From IMG/VR virus record IMGVR_UViG_3300022178_001566, positions 1 to 29,771 of that record: a stretch of DNA of 29,771 nt; one strand, written 5' to 3'. Below, in pieces: positions 1 to 8,111 of this stretch. The notes under the pieces were generated by a model. The model had not been told where the DNA came from. It searched no databases and saw only the letters and a program-made list of their open reading frames with translations. This DNA is from a virus. Its lineage: Duplodnaviria; Caudoviricetes. Position numbers and translations under genes: made by a program. Numbering within the stretch: position 1 is the first letter of the stretch; every line of letters starts with the position of its first letter.

Positions 1-2
1 TA

Positions 3-176
3 TCTGCCTTACAATCTAAGGTTGAATCTCAACAAAAGCATATAGATATGCTAGTACAGCAAAAAGATGCGTATGAGGCTCAAATAATAGCCTTACAGAA
101 CGATATTATCGACAAGCTGTCTTTAGCAGGTTCGGTAGCCTTTGATTCTATATTTGAGTTAAAGAATAAAAAGTAG
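3..176 (+). CDS. 5'-truncated coiled-coil hypothetical protein (lysis-region neighbour)
   Basis: Open frame from window edge: SALQSKVESQQKHIDMLVQQKDAYEAQIIALQND...ELKNKK, TAG at 174-176. Confidence 0.75.
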   Translation, partial: SALQSKVESQQKHIDMLVQQKDAYEAQIIALQNDIIDKLSLAGSVAFDSIFELKNKK

Positions 177-184
177 TATATTAG
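149..184 (+). promoter_or_regulatory. Possible Bacteroidota primary-sigma promoter upstream of endolysin
   Basis: TATATTTG at 149-156; alternatively TTTG(153-156)-N20-TATATTAG(177-184). Confidence 0.4.
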
Positions 185-201
185 CCGTAAATAACTAAAT
201 T

Positions 202-552
202 ATGTTACACTTTGAAATATCTGAATTTGATTCGCCTGATGAAATCGGTAGTGGTTCTAATATGGACGCTACCTTTTTACAAATGCTCGATGATGCAAGA
301 GGAATTGCAGGAATACCCTTTAGAATTACAAGTGGATTTAGAACGCCATCTCATAACGCCTATGTTGGGGGTGTGCAGGGAAGTTCACATTTGTTTGGAT
401 ATGCAGCCGATATTGCCTGTAACAATTCAGCGGACAGAGAGGTTATACTTAATTCACTTATCAGAGCAGGATTTAGAAGAATTGGAATCGCCAAAACCTT
501 TATCCATTGCGACAATGACCCTGATAAAAACCCAGCCATTTGGTTGTACTAG
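202..552 (+). CDS. Endolysin, peptidase M15 family (Zn peptidoglycan peptidase)
   Basis: ITSGFR..HN..VGG...SSH..G.AADI and FIHCD Zn-ligand motifs; adjacent holin. Confidence 0.92.
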   Translation: MLHFEISEFDSPDEIGSGSNMDATFLQMLDDARGIAGIPFRITSGFRTPSHNAYVGGVQGSSHLFGYAADIACNNSADREVILNSLIRAGFRRIGIAKTFIHCDNDPDKNPAIWLY

Positions 553-580
553 AACCGTAGGAAATACTTTAAATGAGTGA
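239..580 (+). CDS. Overprinted (+1 frame) lipoprotein-like ORF inside endolysin, candidate outer-membrane spanin
   Basis: Frame open 212-580; from ATG 239 reads MKSVVVLIWTLPFYKC (basic, hydrophobic, Cys16); endolysin codons avoid NTA+purine pairs. Confidence 0.5.
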   Translation: MKSVVVLIWTLPFYKCSMMQEELQEYPLELQVDLERHLITPMLGVCREVHICLDMQPILPVTIQRTERLYLIHLSEQDLEELESPKPLSIATMTLIKTQPFGCTRTVGNTLNE

Positions 581-992
581 TAAGAAAAAATTCAAAGATA
601 CAAAGGTTGGTCAGTTCTTGCTTAACAAAATTCCATCCGTTGTTGGTAGTCTTGCTGATGGTCATCCCATTGGCAACGTGGTTCGCACTCTTATTAGTGG
701 TAGTGAAATGTCCGACGCTGATAAAGAAATTGCTCTTAAGAAACTAGACCAAGAGATACACGAGTTTGATGGTATTACTAGACGTTGGGTAGCAGACAGT
801 AGAAGTAATTCTTGGCTTGCACAAAATGTTAGACCCTTAACTTTAGCGTTTTTAACTATTGCTTTTGTTATTGGATGGGCATATCAATTAGAGGGCTTAG
901 ATACTGTAAAAGAATTGCTTACAATCGTTTTTATTGGGTACTTTGGTAGTCGAGGAGCAGAGAAGATTATGGGTAATAATAAGCATAAATAA
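573..992 (+). CDS. Holin, 3TM (GTA-holin-like) family
   Basis: RWVADS.S.SWL..NVRP motif, hydrophobic C-terminal helices, YFGSRG.EK ending; follows endolysin. Confidence 0.85.
   Translation: MSDKKKFKDTKVGQFLLNKIPSVVGSLADGHPIGNVVRTLISGSEMSDADKEIALKKLDQEIHEFDGITRRWVADSRSNSWLAQNVRPLTLAFLTIAFVIGWAYQLEGLDTVKELLTIVFIGYFGSRGAEKIMGNNKHK
577..747 (+). CDS. Overprinted (+1 frame) 56-aa single-TM ORF inside holin, candidate inner-membrane spanin component
   Basis: GTG 577 overlaps the TGA of the 239-580 ORF (GTGA); MIRKNSKIQRLVSSCLTKFHPLLVVLLMVIPLATWFALLLVVVKCPTLIKKLLLRN. Confidence 0.4.
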   Translation: MIRKNSKIQRLVSSCLTKFHPLLVVLLMVIPLATWFALLLVVVKCPTLIKKLLLRN

Positions 993-998
993 TATCAT

Positions 999-1035
999 AT
1001 GTAGTGCAGTTTTTAATGCATACATAAATTTTTTT
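999..1035 (+). terminator. Weak hairpin after holin, possible terminator
   Basis: ATGTA-g-TGCA...TGCA-TACAT followed by AAATTTTTTT. Confidence 0.3.
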
Positions 1036-1121
1036 AAAATTATTTTGTTTTTCTATTGACTTATTAAAAAAAAAGTCCGAACTTTGGTGGGTGGAGGCTA
1101 ATAATATGTACCTTTAAAGAT

Positions 1122-1358
1122 ATGAAAAAAGAAATACAAGAAAAAGCATTAGAAATTGCAAGAGAATTTAATTTAAGTATTAAAGAAAGAACAGATGCTT
1201 TATTAAAAATGGATTGTAATATGTACACTAACTTAGGTACTGATTCAACAAGTAAAGAAAAAAAAGATGTTAAAGCAACATCAAAACAAATTTACAAGTA
1301 CATTAAAGGAATAGACGAAGCAAGTGGAGATTTACTTTTAAGAGCTTTAGACAATTAG
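1122..1358 (+). CDS. Hypothetical protein
   Basis: 78-aa ORF with A-rich start context. Confidence 0.8.
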   Translation: MKKEIQEKALEIAREFNLSIKERTDALLKMDCNMYTNLGTDSTSKEKKDVKATSKQIYKYIKGIDEASGDLLLRALDN

Positions 1359-1365
1359 AAAGACA

Positions 1366-1764
1366 ATGCCAAAAACAGCAAAGAAACCTACAAGAAGCAA
1401 GCTAGTTAAAAAACTAGATGTTGTCTTTAGTCAATGGGTAAGATTAAGTAATGCAGACCATAGAGGATTTTGTAGATGTGTTACTTGCGGTAAAGAAGGA
1501 CATTGGAAAACAGGAGGCATACAAGCAGGACACTTTATAAGTAGAAAACATTACTCAACGAGATGGGATGAACGCAATGTTAAACCTCAATGCGTAGCTT
1601 GTAATGTATATAGAGCAGGAGAACAATATCAATATAGTTTATATCTTGGTAATAAGTTATCTAAAGAACTTTACGAACTAAGTCAACAAATAACTAAATT
1701 TACAAATATAGAATTAGAGGAAATGATTTCAGATTATTCTAATAGACTGAAAAAACTTTCTTAA
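1366..1764 (+). CDS. ninG: NinG/Rap-like junction endonuclease
   Basis: KLDVVFSQWVR, CVTCG, QAGHF..R, RWDERNV.PQCVACN motifs. Confidence 0.9.
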   Translation: MPKTAKKPTRSKLVKKLDVVFSQWVRLSNADHRGFCRCVTCGKEGHWKTGGIQAGHFISRKHYSTRWDERNVKPQCVACNVYRAGEQYQYSLYLGNKLSKELYELSQQITKFTNIELEEMISDYSNRLKKLS

Positions 1765-1791
1765 TATTTTTCTTTTAATTGTTTGTTTTTT

Positions 1792-1822
1792 AAGGGTGGG
1801 AATTAATTTTCTTACCCTTTTT
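1792..1822 (+). terminator. Intrinsic terminator
   Basis: AAGGGTGGGAA-TTAATT-TTCTTACCCTT then T-run. Confidence 0.85.
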
Positions 1823-1852
1823 GCTTTTATTTAAAAAAAAAGTGTAACTTTA
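1820..1852 (+). promoter_or_regulatory. Host-type (early) promoter of recombination/replication operon
   Basis: TTTG(1820-23)-N21-TAACTTTA(1845-52), one mismatch to TAnnTTTG. Confidence 0.6.
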
Positions 1853-1875
1853 CATAAATAATTAAAACAAACATT

Positions 1876-2397
1876 ATGAGTAAACAATTAACATTACATC
1901 AAAAGCTGTTCAACTTACAGCAAGAAATTGGAACAATTAGCAAAGATGCTAAGAACCCATTTTACAAATCAAAGTATTTTGACATTAATTCACTAATCGG
2001 ACAACTACAAGATTTACTTAAAAAAAACAGGCTTGTATTATTACAACCTATTTATGGGGATAGTATAGAAACTCAAATTAAGTGTATTGATACCGAGCAA
2101 TCTGTAATATCGAATTTAAAATTACCTGAATTAAACGACCCTCAAAAACTAGGTTCTGCGATTACATATTACAGAAGATACACCTTAGCAAGTTTATTAG
2201 GACTACAAGCGGTAGATGATGATGGCAATTTAGGCAGCGGTAAAGTAGAATCACAAGTAGAAAAAAAGTGGTTAAACGAAAACACCCCTGAATTTTCTAA
2301 AGCAATAGAATACATTCAACAAGGTGGAAACGTAGAGGACATAAAGTCAAAATATAAGGTTTCTAAAAAAGTACAAGATGCCTTATCTAAACTGTAA
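1876..2397 (+). CDS. erf: ERF-family ssDNA annealing protein
   Basis: KDAKNPFYKSKY, PQKLGSAITYYRRY.L..LLG...DDDG signature. Confidence 0.92.
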   Translation: MSKQLTLHQKLFNLQQEIGTISKDAKNPFYKSKYFDINSLIGQLQDLLKKNRLVLLQPIYGDSIETQIKCIDTEQSVISNLKLPELNDPQKLGSAITYYRRYTLASLLGLQAVDDDGNLGSGKVESQVEKKWLNENTPEFSKAIEYIQQGGNVEDIKSKYKVSKKVQDALSKL

Positions 2398-2451
2398 AAT
2401 AAAAACCGTATATTACGAAGGAAAACACAATAACTATAAATTTAAAATACA

Positions 2452-2778
2452 ATGGAAAAAAAAGACAATTTATCAGCAATCATTAGCGGAAGCATTAATC
2501 TCAATGCAATCGATAAACAAAGGCTAAAAGAAGCAAATGGAAAAACATTTTTAAACTTTAGTGCTTTTATAAAAAATGAATCAAAATATGGAAATAATAT
2601 TATGATTGTAGAGTCAGTTTCAAAAGAAGAAAAAGAAGCTGGGATTAAGGGTGCTGTTTTAGGTAATGCAGGAGTGCGTTATATAAATCCAAATATACCT
2701 ATTGTTAAAGCCGAAAAAGACAATGAAGTTACCAATACGGTACAGAACGAAGCGAGAGAAGTAGATTTACCATTTTAA
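2452..2778 (+). CDS. Putative single-stranded DNA-binding protein
   Basis: C-terminal DLPF tail, position after ERF. Confidence 0.7.
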   Translation: MEKKDNLSAIISGSINLNAIDKQRLKEANGKTFLNFSAFIKNESKYGNNIMIVESVSKEEKEAGIKGAVLGNAGVRYINPNIPIVKAEKDNEVTNTVQNEAREVDLPF

Positions 2779-2785
2779 TTTAATT

Positions 2786-2811
2786 GGGGGTGTAACAGCC
2801 CCCTTTTTTTT
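2786..2811 (+). terminator. Intrinsic terminator
   Basis: GGGGGTG-TAA-CAGCCCCC followed by 8 T. Confidence 0.85.
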
Positions 2812-2970
2812 ATGACACCAAAAGAATTACGACAAGATGAACCAATGCCTTACGATTTCTGGAATTACAAAGTTAACCCCATTATGGGTTATTATGTAGA
2901 ACCGCAGGGCAGGGATATAAAAAAAGAATCATTAAAATATGGACTTAGTCCGTTACCAAACAGAGAATGA
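2812..2970 (+). CDS. Small hypothetical protein (52 aa, not in ORF track)
   Basis: MTPKELRQDEPMPYDFWNYKVNPIMGYY...PNRE; ATGA overlap with helicase start. Confidence 0.7.
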   Translation: MTPKELRQDEPMPYDFWNYKVNPIMGYYVEPQGRDIKKESLKYGLSPLPNRE

Positions 2971-3884
2971 TAGCAAAAGCAGCAAACTTAGAGAAAAAAA
3001 TATTAGACGTTAAATATGGTAGAATTAAAGAGGGGTTAAAATTAGATATTCCTGAAATGGATGAATACCTACGTTTTAAGCACGGTAATTTTAATTTATT
3101 AATTGGACACGCAAATGTTGGAAAGACTACGGTTTTAACTTATCTTTTTACCGTATGGGCTGTTAGACACAATTTAAAGTTTTTAATTTGGTCTAGTGAG
3201 AACACACCGCAAAGCATCGTTAGAAAGATAATAGAATTTAAGATGGGGAAACCAATACAAACCGCAACCGAAAAAGAAATATCGGAAGCTGTTAATTGGT
3301 GTGATTCTCATTTTAAGATTATAGATGTAAAAGATTTAGTAACCTATAAAGACTTATTAAAAGAAGTAAACGACATAAAGGATGCTTGGGATTACGATGC
3401 ATTAATGATTGACCCATATAATAGTTTATCAATAGACAACCAACTAATGAGAAGCGTTGGAGGACATCAGTACGATTATCAAGTAGCATCAGAGTTTAGG
3501 CTTTTTACAAAAAATAGGAATGTTACTTTGTTTTTAAATGCACACGGTGTTACTGAAGCAATGAGAAGAACCTACCCTAAAGGACACGAATACGAAAACT
3601 TACCTCAACCATTATCAATGAGCCAAGTTGAAGGAGGGGGAAAATGGGGTAACCGTGCTGACGATTGCTATTGTGTACACAGAATGACAAACCATCCTAG
3701 CGAGTGGATGTATTCAGAACTTCACGTACTCAAAGTAAAAGAAACGGAAACAGGTGGTAGATGCACACCATATGAACAACCAATGAGATTACGAATGAGC
3801 AAAAACAATGTAGGGTTTGAGTTCTTAAATAGAGATATACTACATAGCAGGCACACAGATATTAACGAAATAATAGACTTCTAA
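2967..3884 (+). CDS. SF4 (DnaB/Twinkle-like) replicative helicase, ATPase domain only
   Basis: Walker A GHANVGKT, SSEN, Walker B LMIDPYN, AH and NRADD..VHR..KVK motifs. Confidence 0.85.
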   Translation: MIAKAANLEKKILDVKYGRIKEGLKLDIPEMDEYLRFKHGNFNLLIGHANVGKTTVLTYLFTVWAVRHNLKFLIWSSENTPQSIVRKIIEFKMGKPIQTATEKEISEAVNWCDSHFKIIDVKDLVTYKDLLKEVNDIKDAWDYDALMIDPYNSLSIDNQLMRSVGGHQYDYQVASEFRLFTKNRNVTLFLNAHGVTEAMRRTYPKGHEYENLPQPLSMSQVEGGGKWGNRADDCYCVHRMTNHPSEWMYSELHVLKVKETETGGRCTPYEQPMRLRMSKNNVGFEFLNRDILHSRHTDINEIIDF

Positions 3885-4105
3885 TGATACCAATAATTTT
3901 AACTTTATCAATAATAGCAGTTCTCTTTATATTTTGGGGGCAATTAAATAATGCAGAGATTCAAATAGCACCTATTGTTGGGATTGTGTTCGGTGCTTTA
4001 TATTCAAGTGAAAACTTTGAAGATGAAACGGAATACATTTTGCAATGCTGTATTCTTTGTATAAGTATTCAAGTAGTATGGGCGAAACCAAATGGCTTAG
4101 ATTAG
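3884..4105 (+). CDS. Small membrane protein
   Basis: Hydrophobic N-terminal helix; TAATG coupling to helicase. Confidence 0.75.
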   Translation: MIPIILTLSIIAVLFIFWGQLNNAEIQIAPIVGIVFGALYSSENFEDETEYILQCCILCISIQVVWAKPNGLD

Positions 4106-4623
4106 TAGCCGAAAGACATCAAGAGTGGATTAAAATCGTTCATTCTTTTGGAGAGTACACTTATGCCGAAGACTTGGTACAGGAGGCGTATCTCGTTATT
4201 TTTAAATACACTACCCCTGAAAAGATTATAAAGGATGGGGTAGTTTCAAGAGGGTATATATATTTCACACTTCGTTCCCTCTACTTCCAATATTACAACA
4301 AGAAAAAGAAAGTTACCAAAGTCAGCCTTGACGATGAAGAATTTTCAATACAGATTCCCGACTTTGACCACATAGAAGAACACGAAGCATTTCATAAGAT
4401 ATGTTTGCTAGTTGATGAGGTTGCAGATACTTGGGGATGGTACGACAGAAAGCTGTGGAAACTATATTCGCAAACAGATATGAGTATGCGAAAACTAGCA
4501 GCAGAAACCAACATAAGTTGGGTAAGTATATATAATTCATTAAAACACCTTAAAGAAGATTTAAAAGATAAACTAGGCGAAGACTTCGCTCATTTTAAAA
4601 ACCAAGACTATGACAGAATTTAA
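4078..4623 (+). CDS. ECF-like sigma-70 factor
   Basis: Region 2 AEDLVQEAYL...YIYFTLRSLY; region 4 HTH MSMRKLAAETNISWVSIYNSLK. Start at 4078 preferred over 4045. Confidence 0.85.
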   Translation: MGETKWLRLVAERHQEWIKIVHSFGEYTYAEDLVQEAYLVIFKYTTPEKIIKDGVVSRGYIYFTLRSLYFQYYNKKKKVTKVSLDDEEFSIQIPDFDHIEEHEAFHKICLLVDEVADTWGWYDRKLWKLYSQTDMSMRKLAAETNISWVSIYNSLKHLKEDLKDKLGEDFAHFKNQDYDRI

Positions 4624-5020
4624 AGGAGATAAAAGAAGTAAAGAGTACAGAATTTGGAAAGCTAAACACTCATTAGAAAGTGAAGGGTTTGGCGATACTA
4701 TTCAAAAAATAACCGAAGCAACTGGAATTTCAAAGGCTGTAAAATTTATAGCAGGCGAAGATTGTGGCTGCGATAAACGTCAAGAAAAACTAAATGAGAT
4801 ATTTCGATACGATAAGCCTAAATGCTTAGAAGAAGATGAATACAACTTGCTTAGGGATTCAATAGAAAGTAAACAGAATAAATTTACAGGCGAAGACCAA
4901 AAGAAATTCATTAGTATATTTGAAAGAGTGTTTGATACTAAGGTAGTGGGTTGTTCTTCTTGTGCATTTAGAAGTACGGTTTACGAGAAGTTAGTCAAAT
5001 TGTATAACACCTACAAATAA
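4610..5020 (+). CDS. Cys-rich phage hypothetical protein
   Basis: GFGDTIQKIT..TGI, DCGCDKR..KLN, CSSC motifs. Confidence 0.85.
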   Translation: MTEFKGDKRSKEYRIWKAKHSLESEGFGDTIQKITEATGISKAVKFIAGEDCGCDKRQEKLNEIFRYDKPKCLEEDEYNLLRDSIESKQNKFTGEDQKKFISIFERVFDTKVVGCSSCAFRSTVYEKLVKLYNTYK

Positions 5021-5400
5021 TGAAAGAGGATGAGTTGTTCGAGTATCTTGTTAATTGTTGCTACCCTAACTTGGTAAAAGCAAAAAAGCAGATGAGCCGT
5101 TGGGATTGTTATTCTGTCGAGCATAGACACCGAATAGAATTAAAATGTAGGGGAAAACATTATCCTACTCTTTTGATTGAAAAAAAGAAATTTGATTCTA
5201 TGATTCAAAAATGCAAAGACAATTTGGACATTCCGTTATATATTTGTTCCACACCTAAAGGGGTATTTAAATTTAATTTGTACCTTGTTGACCCAAAGTG
5301 GGAAATTCAATATCACAATAAGACAACTGAATTTTCAAACACAAACAAAATAGCAAAAGAGATAGCAATGCTACCTGTAATAAATGCAGAGATATTATGA
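5020..5400 (+). CDS. PD-(D/E)XK nuclease-like protein
   Basis: RWDC...IELKCR catalytic-like motif. Confidence 0.7.
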   Translation: MKEDELFEYLVNCCYPNLVKAKKQMSRWDCYSVEHRHRIELKCRGKHYPTLLIEKKKFDSMIQKCKDNLDIPLYICSTPKGVFKFNLYLVDPKWEIQYHNKTTEFSNTNKIAKEIAMLPVINAEIL

Positions 5401-5729
5401 CAACAAGAGATGCAATGCAAGAAAAGTTCGACAACCTAGATGACTTGAACCTTACTACTAATTTATTAGTAATACAAGAGAATGTATTAGCTTGGTGTAA
5501 AGCAAAACCTGATAACGAAAAACTAAAAGAAGTTAGGAGTGCTATTATTCAAATATCCTTACTAACTAATAAACTTTTATTGGATAGGGGAAATTATCAT
5601 ATTGCACTTGACCAGTACAGAAGTCGAAGCACACGTTCAATACAAAGAGCTAGAAATGCAGATGAAGAAATATTAAGATTAGAAAAAGAATTAGAAATAT
5701 ATAAAAACAAAGAAAAATTAGGTTTATGA
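5397..5729 (+). CDS. Coiled-coil hypothetical protein
   Basis: 110-aa ORF, ATGA overlaps at both ends. Confidence 0.85.
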   Translation: MTTRDAMQEKFDNLDDLNLTTNLLVIQENVLAWCKAKPDNEKLKEVRSAIIQISLLTNKLLLDRGNYHIALDQYRSRSTRSIQRARNADEEILRLEKELEIYKNKEKLGL

Positions 5730-5971
5730 GTGATTCAGTAAGTAAGTATTTTGAAAACGCAAACGCTACAATTCCTGTCGACCTTAGACAGACAGACAAA
5801 ATAGTTGAAGATGTTATAAAGCGATTTAAGCAACGTTCAGAGGTGGGAGTACAAAAGTATGGCACTACACTTTATGATTCCCCTGATGGCTTCTATTCAT
5901 TCTTAAATCATCTACTTGAAGAATTAATGGATGCTACTTTGTACATCGAGAAACTTAAACAACTTAAATGA
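5726..5971 (+). CDS. All-alpha NTP pyrophosphatase (MazG-like) fold protein, putative
   Basis: RSEVG..KYG and HLLEELMDA..Y (EExxD) motifs. Confidence 0.6.
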   Translation: MSDSVSKYFENANATIPVDLRQTDKIVEDVIKRFKQRSEVGVQKYGTTLYDSPDGFYSFLNHLLEELMDATLYIEKLKQLK

Positions 5972-6090
5972 GAGCGGAAGACTTAACCAACATATTAATA
6001 TTTATGGAAATGTGTTTGGAAGATGGAATAAGCGAAATGAACGTCAAGTTTGACGAAAACGGAATAACAGCAATAACACCAGTAGAATGA
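5968..6090 (+). CDS. Small hypothetical protein (40 aa)
   Basis: MRAEDLTNILIFMEMCLEDGISE...TPVE; ATGA overlaps at both ends. Confidence 0.7.
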   Translation: MRAEDLTNILIFMEMCLEDGISEMNVKFDENGITAITPVE

Positions 6091-6227
6091 AAGAATCGAC
6101 CTTAATAAAAATGCAGCAGGACTTGAAATTAACACAACAAGCAGTTGTAGTGGCATTACATAGAATAGAAAAACTAGAAGCTAAATTCCCACCTGAACTA
6201 GACGAGGAAGAAAAAGATAGTGAATAA
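6087..6227 (+). CDS. Small coiled-coil protein (46 aa)
   Basis: MKESTLIKMQQDLKLTQQAVVVALHRIEKLE...; ATGA coupled. Confidence 0.7.
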   Translation: MKESTLIKMQQDLKLTQQAVVVALHRIEKLEAKFPPELDEEEKDSE

Positions 6228-6228
6228 C

Positions 6229-6259
6229 TTGTTTATATCAAAAAAGTTTACGTAATTAG
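6229..6259 (+). promoter_or_regulatory. Possible host-type promoter
   Basis: TTG at 6229 and degenerate TAATTAG at 6253-59; followed by the same AAAACAAACA leader as other early operons. Confidence 0.35.
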
Positions 6260-6283
6260 CTTCATAATTAAAAACAAACAATT

Positions 6284-6595
6284 ATGAAAGTGTATGTAGA
6301 AATGTCAGATGCAAAGTCCGAATGGTTTTTAAATCTTACGCAGTTATTTCAAAGAAAATTTGATGAATACAAAATTCTTCCAAGTAAAGGTGATTACGTT
6401 GGTTGTTTATTTGAAGAAGTGCACAGAGTAGAAGGTATTCAATGGCTTGACGGAACAGGTGATGTTATTGTGTGGTTAAAAACAGATTTAAGTTACATAG
6501 ATAGGCATTGGGATAATTGGGAGAAAGATATACAGGGATATGTTGATTGGTACAACGAACAAAGGTCAGAATACACAGGTAAAATAAAAATATAA
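6284..6595 (+). CDS. Hypothetical protein (Trp-rich)
   Basis: 103-aa ORF with strong A-rich leader. Confidence 0.85.
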   Translation: MKVYVEMSDAKSEWFLNLTQLFQRKFDEYKILPSKGDYVGCLFEEVHRVEGIQWLDGTGDVIVWLKTDLSYIDRHWDNWEKDIQGYVDWYNEQRSEYTGKIKI

Positions 6596-6601
6596 ACAAC
6601 T

Positions 6602-6748
6602 ATGAATTACAAAGAAAGCGACTACATTACAGAACAGTATTCAGAGATGAGTATAGCACGTTTAAAATTTACAATTCAAAATAAAGATGAGTATTTATCT
6701 GCACACGTAGAAAGATGCGAACAAGAATTAAAAAGCAGGGGGTTATGA
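6602..6748 (+). CDS. Small hypothetical protein (48 aa)
   Basis: MNYKESDYITEQYSEMS...QELKSRGL; ATGA overlap at 6745. Confidence 0.75.
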   Translation: MNYKESDYITEQYSEMSIARLKFTIQNKDEYLSAHVERCEQELKSRGL

Positions 6749-7515
6749 TTACATTACTAAACGGAGAACATTGGGGCAAAGAAGAAATACTTACTCAAAT
6801 GTACGATGATACCTTTTACTATGGACACTTAGGCAAACACGCACTATCAAGTAGTAGTCTAAAGATGATTCTTAAAAGTCCAAAGACTTACAGGAATGTA
6901 ATTAAGTACGGAAACCCTGATAACGAAAGCCCTGCATTATCTGCTGGTAAGTTAGCTCATTGGATGGTACTTGAACCACACAAAATAGATGAGTTGCACT
7001 TTATAGAAGCATCCACCAAGAACACCAAAATATATAAGGAAGCTAAAGAAGTACACGGAGAAGTATTCTTAAATAAAGAACGCAAAGCAGCAGAACGATT
7101 AACGGATGCAATTTTTAGAAACGAAGCAGCACTACAATTACTAAACAAATCACAGTTTGAAATACCTACAATAGAAATGATGGAGGGATTACCCTTTAGA
7201 GGGAAAGCAGATATAATACAAGATAATACCATTATAGATTACAAAACTACTGGTTCAGATTTAGCTTCCTTTAAATGGAGTGCTGACAAGTACGGCTACG
7301 ACTTACAAGCATATATGTATAAGCGAATGTTTAAAGCCGATGACTTTAAGTTTTTAGTGATTGACAAAGCAAGTTGTGATATTGGAATATTTGAAACGTC
7401 TGATGACTTTATAGCAAGAGGCGAAGAAAAATTCTTTGCAGCAGTCGAAAACTACAAATACTTTTTTCAAGGAGATACAGACCTTGACCAATATGTGATG
7501 AGAGGGATATTGTGA
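6745..7515 (+). CDS. RecE/exonuclease VIII-like PD-(D/E)XK exonuclease (DUF3799-like)
   Basis: LSSSSLK, G.LAH..VLEP, RGKADII....IIDYKTT, YGYDLQA..Y. Start 6745 chosen for ATGA coupling. Confidence 0.88.
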   Translation: MITLLNGEHWGKEEILTQMYDDTFYYGHLGKHALSSSSLKMILKSPKTYRNVIKYGNPDNESPALSAGKLAHWMVLEPHKIDELHFIEASTKNTKIYKEAKEVHGEVFLNKERKAAERLTDAIFRNEAALQLLNKSQFEIPTIEMMEGLPFRGKADIIQDNTIIDYKTTGSDLASFKWSADKYGYDLQAYMYKRMFKADDFKFLVIDKASCDIGIFETSDDFIARGEEKFFAAVENYKYFFQGDTDLDQYVMRGIL

Positions 7516-8111
7516 AAAAGAAAAAAAATAATGTATATTCTTTAAATGAAAAACAAGTTGTTTTTTTAAGGCAATTAAGACTAAATGAACAATACAAAAA
7601 AGTGTTACCTAAATACAAATCTATGGTAACAGTGTCCATTAATCAAAAGAAAATTATTAATGATAAACATTTAGATGGAGTAATACAAGCTGTAAAAACA
7701 ATATCCCCAGAATTAGTAGGATTTTTAAATTTCTCAACATTTAACAAAAAGAGTAAAAGAAAAAGAAATACTAAATCAACATTAATAAAAATAAAACCTT
7801 TTAAAGAAATATATAAAAAAGACCCTTTACTTACTAACCAAGAAAATCATAAAAAATATTTAAAAAGTGGCGTATGGAAAAGAAAAAGATGTTTTCTTCT
7901 TAAAAAACGTGGTTGCAAGTGTGAAATGTGTAAGAAGAAATTTAAGAAAGAACAATTACATATACACCACAAGACATACAGAAGATGGGGTGCAGAATAT
8001 CAAAATCACTTACAGGTTTTATGTTCAAGTTGTCATAATAAATTACACGATAAACATACAATTACAGAACTTGAAAATAAATTTTCAAAAGGAATAAACC
8101 CAAAGGTTTGA
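7512..8111 (+). CDS. HNH endonuclease with basic N-terminal extension
   Basis: YLKS..W, CEMC, LHIHHKTY, LQVLCSSCHNKLH. Confidence 0.85.
   Translation: MKKKKNNVYSLNEKQVVFLRQLRLNEQYKKVLPKYKSMVTVSINQKKIINDKHLDGVIQAVKTISPELVGFLNFSTFNKKSKRKRNTKSTLIKIKPFKEIYKKDPLLTNQENHKKYLKSGVWKRKRCFLLKKRGCKCEMCKKKFKKEQLHIHHKTYRRWGAEYQNHLQVLCSSCHNKLHDKHTITELENKFSKGINPKV

Noticed and set aside
568-576. Slippery T TTA AAT that might fuse the two overprinted lysis ORFs by -1 shift
   Set aside because: The -1 frame hits TGA (574-576) immediately, so no fusion results.
7867-8097. +1 frame ORF inside the HNH gene
   Set aside because: Short, no recognisable features; the HNH frame holds all the motifs.
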